DNA of 60,897 bases, the filler included. It is 5 parts of 5 records of this genome, joined end to end, with 100 filler letters (N's around TTAATTAATTAA, not from the genome) between each part and the next. Parts side by side here need not be neighbours in the genome. Positions count along the whole stretch, not along the records: positions 54,144 to 60,897 come from DRR723986_4638; 4 more parts are not named here. One strand, 5' to 3'. The position numbers and the translations under genes were made by a program. Shown here piece after piece: positions 56,906 to 60,897 of the stretch. Every line of letters starts with the position of its first letter. Position 1 is the stretch's first letter. Under the pieces are notes generated by a model. That model saw only the letters and a list, made by a program, of their open reading frames with translations. It made no database searches and was not told the origin of the DNA.

Positions 56906-57817
56906 ATGAGCACACGCTGCGGCTTTGTCGCCCTGATTGGAGAGCCGAACGCCGGCAAATCCACCCTTACCAACCGTATGGTTGGCGCCAAAGTGTCGAT
57001 TGTGACGCATAAGGTGCAAACCACCCGCGCGCGTATTCGCGGTGTGGCGCTAGAGGGTGAGGCGCAGCTGGTGTTTGTCGATACGCCCGGCCTGTTCAAG
57101 CCGCGCCGCCGGCTAGACCGGGCGATGGTGGCGGCTGCATGGGGCGGCGCAGCCGATGCCGATATTGTGGTGCTGCTGGTCGAGGCGCATCGCGGCATCA
57201 CCGATGGGGTATCGAGCATTCTGGATACTTTGGCCGAACAAATGCCCCCCGATCGCCTGGTGGCGCTGGCCATCAACAAAATCGACCGGGTCGAGGCGCC
57301 AGTGCTGCTGGCCCTGACCCAAGAGCTGAACCAACGCTTTCGCTTTGCCGAAACCTTTATGATCTCGGCTGAAAAGGGCTATGGGGTGGATGACCTGCGC
57401 AAATGGCTGGCCGGGCGCCTGCCTGCGGGCCCGTGGCTTTACCCCGAAGATCAGATCGCCGATCTGCCCATGCGCATGATTGCCGCTGAAATGACCCGCG
57501 AAAAGCTAACGCTGCGCCTGCATCAGGAATTGCCCTATCAGCTGACGGTGGAAACCGAACATTGGCAAGAGCGCAAAGATGGCTCGGCCCGTATTGATCA
57601 GATCATCTACGTGGCCCGCGATGGGCACAAGGGCATTTTGCTGGGCAAAAAAGGCGAAACCATCAAAGGCGTCAGCCAAGCCGCGCGCGCCGAGCTGGAA
57701 GAGTTTTTGGGCCGCAAAGTGCATTTATTCTTGCAGGTCAAAGTGCGCGAAAACTGGCTGGAAGAGGCGGCACGCTATTCCGAGATGGGGCTAGATTTCC
57801 GCGATGGTAACGCCTGA
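56906..57817 (+). CDS. era: GTPase Era
   Basis: GEPNAGKST, QTTR, DTPG, NKID, KH domain. Confidence 0.96.
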   Translation: MSTRCGFVALIGEPNAGKSTLTNRMVGAKVSIVTHKVQTTRARIRGVALEGEAQLVFVDTPGLFKPRRRLDRAMVAAAWGGAADADIVVLLVEAHRGITDGVSSILDTLAEQMPPDRLVALAINKIDRVEAPVLLALTQELNQRFRFAETFMISAEKGYGVDDLRKWLAGRLPAGPWLYPEDQIADLPMRMIAAEMTREKLTLRLHQELPYQLTVETEHWQERKDGSARIDQIIYVARDGHKGILLGKKGETIKGVSQAARAELEEFLGRKVHLFLQVKVRENWLEEAARYSEMGLDFRDGNA

Positions 57818-57837
57818 TTGGCAGTGCGGGGGGCGGT

Positions 57838-58173
57838 TTGGGGGCACGTCTGACAACGCGTTTTTGGGCCGATGCCTATCTGGCGCGGCTGCGGCTGCAC
57901 GATATTGCGGCCTATGTTGTGGCGCATGGTGACGATCACGCAGGCGATGTTGTGGTGAAATTGGCCACGTTAGATGGCCAGGCCCAGCTGTTTCAGCGCA
58001 GCTACGATTTGCAGGCCGATAGGCGTATCTGGGCGCCGCTGGCCGCGGGCCCCGAGCGTGAGATCGATGAAACACTGGCCCGCCATCGCGGCCGCGACCC
58101 CGATTTATGGGTGATCGAGGTAGAAGACCGGCAGGGCCGGCACCTGCTGGATGATCCCAGCTTGGCGGGCTAG
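57838..58173 (+). CDS. DUF1491 family protein
   Basis: [22 protein letters not shown]; position between era and recO. Confidence 0.75.
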   Translation: MGARLTTRFWADAYLARLRLHDIAAYVVAHGDDHAGDVVVKLATLDGQAQLFQRSYDLQADRRIWAPLAAGPEREIDETLARHRGRDPDLWVIEVEDRQGRHLLDDPSLAG

Positions 58174-58177
58174 CACG

Positions 58178-58906
58178 ATGCAATGGCGTGGGCAGGGCAT
58201 TTTGCTGTCAGTGCGCCGCCATGGCGAAACCTCCGCCATAATCGAGGTATTCACCCCCGAACAGGGCCGCCATGCCGGGGTGGTGCGGGGGGGCACCAGC
58301 CGCAAAATTGCCCCCATTTTGCAGCCCGGCGCGCAGCTAGACGTGGCATGGTGGGCGCGGCTGGATAACCATATTGGCACCTTCACCGTAGAACCGCTGC
58401 ACAGCCGTGCCGCACAGGTGATGAACGACAGGCTGGCCTTGGCGGGCATGTTATCGGTGCTGGCCTTGCTGCGCTTTGCCCTGCCCGAACGCGCCCCGCA
58501 GCCCGGCTTATATGCCCGCAGCCTGGCCTTGCTGGATATGTTGGGGCAAAGCGATCTGTGGCCATTGGCCTATCTGCGCTGGGAACAGGCGCTGCTGGAT
58601 GATATGGGGTTTGGGCTGGATCTGGGGGCCTGTGCCGTAACCGGGGCAACAACAGATTTGGCCTATGTCTCGCCCAAATCCGGGCGTGCGGTATCGCGCG
58701 CTGGGGCAGGGGAATGGGCCAGCCGGCTTTTGCCCCTGCCTGCGTGTTTGCTGGGCCAAGGGGTGGGTGATCTGGATGATGTGATGCAGGGCCTGCAGGT
58801 GACAGGCCATTTTCTGCTGCATCATTTGGCACCGGGCCTGGGCGCCAGCGCCCTGCCTGACGCGCGCTTGCGATTTGTCGATGCCTTGGCGCGGCGGCGG
58901 GCCTAG
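58178..58906 (+). CDS. recO: DNA repair protein RecO
   Basis: [35 protein letters not shown]. Confidence 0.93.
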   Translation: MQWRGQGILLSVRRHGETSAIIEVFTPEQGRHAGVVRGGTSRKIAPILQPGAQLDVAWWARLDNHIGTFTVEPLHSRAAQVMNDRLALAGMLSVLALLRFALPERAPQPGLYARSLALLDMLGQSDLWPLAYLRWEQALLDDMGFGLDLGACAVTGATTDLAYVSPKSGRAVSRAGAGEWASRLLPLPACLLGQGVGDLDDVMQGLQVTGHFLLHHLAPGLGASALPDARLRFVDALARRRA

Positions 58907-59430
58907 CGTAGGGCCAAAACCAAATCCACCAATGTGCCCATCGGGTCGCCACTGGCATCCTTGGGCATGCCCTGCGCTGCGGCCAAAATCAGCGTGGCGA
59001 TTTCCGGGTTAGACACGCCAATATCGGCCAAAAGCACAGAAATGCTGGCCAGGCGCGCGTGGTCAACCTGCGCCACAGCTTGGGCTGCTTGGGTATCTGA
59101 CAGGGCCATGGCGCGAATGGCGCGTTCGGCCCTTTCGGCGGGGCTGTTGCCTGCGGGGGCTGCCAGCGCTTGGGCCAGCGCCCGCAAGGCTGTGGTGGGC
59201 GCGGTGGTGTTTTCGGCGGGCAGGCGGGCGATCTGCGCCTCGGCCCAAGCGGCCAAAACGGCGCCCTGAAAGGCGGGCACATCCTGAAAATGCCAGTAGA
59301 ACGAGCCTTTGGTGGTGCCCAGCTGCCGTGCCAGCGCCTCGGCCCGCAGGGCAGCAGGCCCTTCGGCTGCCAAAGCGGCCAGGCCAGCGTTTAGCCAATC
59401 GGCTTTTCCAAGGCGTGTTGCGCGAGTCAT
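58903..59430 (-). CDS. TetR-family transcriptional regulator
   Basis: [19 protein letters not shown]. Confidence 0.88.
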   Translation of the reverse strand: MTRATRLGKADWLNAGLAALAAEGPAALRAEALARQLGTTKGSFYWHFQDVPAFQGAVLAAWAEAQIARLPAENTTAPTTALRALAQALAAPAGNSPAERAERAIRAMALSDTQAAQAVAQVDHARLASISVLLADIGVSNPEIATLILAAAQGMPKDASGDPMGTLVDLVLALR

Positions 59431-59513
59431 GCGATCACCTTATGCGTGTTTCTGCGCCTGCACAATCGTGGTTTTGCAGATGCCTGGGCGATGGTGCAAC
59501 CGGACTGTGGCGT

Positions 59514-60896
59514 TCATAGCGCGATGTCAAGCACGCCCCCCGGCTCGGCGGCGCGCGAGCAACACAAGATCATGCGGGTTTCGCGCTGGGCTTGCGACAA
59601 AACGAAATCGCGGTGCTGCACCGCACCTGCGCGCAGCGTGCATTGGCACACGCCACATATGCCATCGGCGCATTTCACATCCACCGCAATGCCTGCGCGT
59701 TCCAGCGCGTCGGCCGCGCTTTCATCGGCGCTGACCGCAATTTCACGCCCATCCGCCAGCCGCAGGGTAAAGGGGTGGTTTTCCTGGGGGGGCTGTTCAG
59801 GCACGCTGAAATATTCCAAATGTAGCGCTTCATCCGGCCAGCCCGCCTGCCGCGCGGCCTGCATCACCGCCTGCATGTAGCGATCCGACCCACAGGTATA
59901 CACATGCGCCCCCGGCTGATATTTGGCCAAAATCGCCGCCAAATCTGCGCGCGCGCCCTGGCTGCTAAAGTGAAACTGCACCTGCGCGGCCCAGGGTTGG
60001 GCCTGCAATTCGGCCAAGAAGCCTGCCTCTTCGGGGCTGGCACAGGAATAATGCAGCACAAAACTGCGCCCCAATGCATGCAGCCTGTGGGCAAAGGCGA
60101 TCATTGGCGTCACCCCGATGCCACCGGCCATCAGCAGGCTGTGGCTGGCCTCTTCGTGCAGCGGAAAATGGTTCACCGGGCGCGAGGCAAACACCCGCCG
60201 CCCCGGCGTAAAGATGCGCTGCAGCATCTTCGACCCACCCCGCCCCGCATCTTCGCGCAGCACCGCGATTTCATAGATATCACGGTTGGCCGGATCGCCT
60301 GACATCGAATATTGGCGCAGAAATTCGGGGGTAATCACCACATCCAGATGCGCGCCCGCCTGCCATTCGGGCAGGGCTGTGCCATCGGGGCTGGTGAAAG
60401 TGTATTTGGTGATTTTGGGCGTCATCTGCTGCACATCGGCCAAGGCCAGCTGCACCACGGGCGCCGCGCCCGGCACCTGGTAGCGGTGAATATGTGCGGT
60501 TTCACCCGCGGCAGATTTGGCGCGGTATTCATCGGCGCTGATCAGGCTTTCAAAGGCTTTGATGCCCGCCTCGCGATCCATCGGAAAGGGGTAGGGCCAG
60601 GGCCAGGGGGCCAAGGGGGCGGGGTAGACGGCCATGGTTTGCTGATCGGCCGTGATGGCCAGGTCTTTTTGCAGCCCGCGCCGGTTGACCGGCGCGCTGG
60701 CCGGGGCATAGGCGCCATTGTCTTGCAGCGCGATATCCCACCACCATTTCTTGGTGTCATTCAGCCCGCCATTGCCCAGCGCATCGTCCAGCCGCGCCAG
60801 CAAGGGGGCGGCTTTGGGCACATGCATCGCGGCCCAGCGAAAGGGGCGTTCGGCAAACAGCCCCTCTAGGTTCCATGGGCAGGTTTTCATGCAGCG
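59514..60896 (-). CDS. Probable catabolic reductive dehalogenase C-terminus fused to a PDR/VanB-like flavin/NAD(P)H/2Fe-2S reductase (5' end outside window)
   Basis: RCMKTCPWNLEG Fe-S motif end and KKWWWD segment, then RQYS, GGS, AGGIGVTP, YTCG, LEYF and CADGICGVC...C. Confidence 0.75.
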   Translation of the reverse strand, partial: RCMKTCPWNLEGLFAERPFRWAAMHVPKAAPLLARLDDALGNGGLNDTKKWWWDIALQDNGAYAPASAPVNRRGLQKDLAITADQQTMAVYPAPLAPWPWPYPFPMDREAGIKAFESLISADEYRAKSAAGETAHIHRYQVPGAAPVVQLALADVQQMTPKITKYTFTSPDGTALPEWQAGAHLDVVITPEFLRQYSMSGDPANRDIYEIAVLREDAGRGGSKMLQRIFTPGRRVFASRPVNHFPLHEEASHSLLMAGGIGVTPMIAFAHRLHALGRSFVLHYSCASPEEAGFLAELQAQPWAAQVQFHFSSQGARADLAAILAKYQPGAHVYTCGSDRYMQAVMQAARQAGWPDEALHLEYFSVPEQPPQENHPFTLRLADGREIAVSADESAADALERAGIAVDVKCADGICGVCQCTLRAGAVQHRDFVLSQAQRETRMILCCSRAAEPGGVLDIAL

Positions 60897-60897
60897 C

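Noticed and set aside
1-60897. CRISPR arrays, tRNA/rRNA genes, transposases, integrases, phage or defence genes
   Set aside because: None recognized by eye in the sequence or ORF translations.

Overview
This window is a concatenation of five unrelated contig pieces joined by artificial 100-nt spacers (N44-TTAATTAATTAA-N44 at 10651-10750, 22517-22616, 36526-36625, 54044-54143), so no gene context should be read across spacers. (1) 1-10650, GC-rich alphaproteobacterium: a gamma-butyrobetaine/L-carnitine catabolic operon, secreted proteins and a VWA protein. (2) 10751-22516, gammaproteobacterium: ccmABCDEF, ttcA and mdh flank the most striking element, a compact, apparently intact operon of flagellar switch and signalling genes with no export, rod, hook or stator genes. 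It encodes a membrane-anchored FliF(C-tail)-FliG fusion that lacks the stator-contacting charges, an Hpt protein, FliM, FliN, a 2-TM protein, FlhG/FleN, CheY and a CheA with no kinase domain. It retains a sigma54-type promoter and three FleQ-type boxes, and is a candidate repurposed, non-rotary C-ring system. (3) 22617-36525, Rhodobacteraceae-like: partial glycine riboswitch, Rrf2 regulator with FNR-type box, gltX, ABC transporters and hydrolases. (4) 36626-54043, lower-GC alphaproteobacterium: TonB receptor, acyl-CoA ligase, ilvA, csp, M13 peptidase, RND pump, LysR and leucine-catabolism genes. (5) 54144-60897, Rhodobacteraceae-like: acpS-lepB-rnc-DMT-era-DUF1491-recO, TetR, and the 3' part of a probable self-sufficient reductive dehalogenase. 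All family calls come from motif recognition by eye; no database searches were run.
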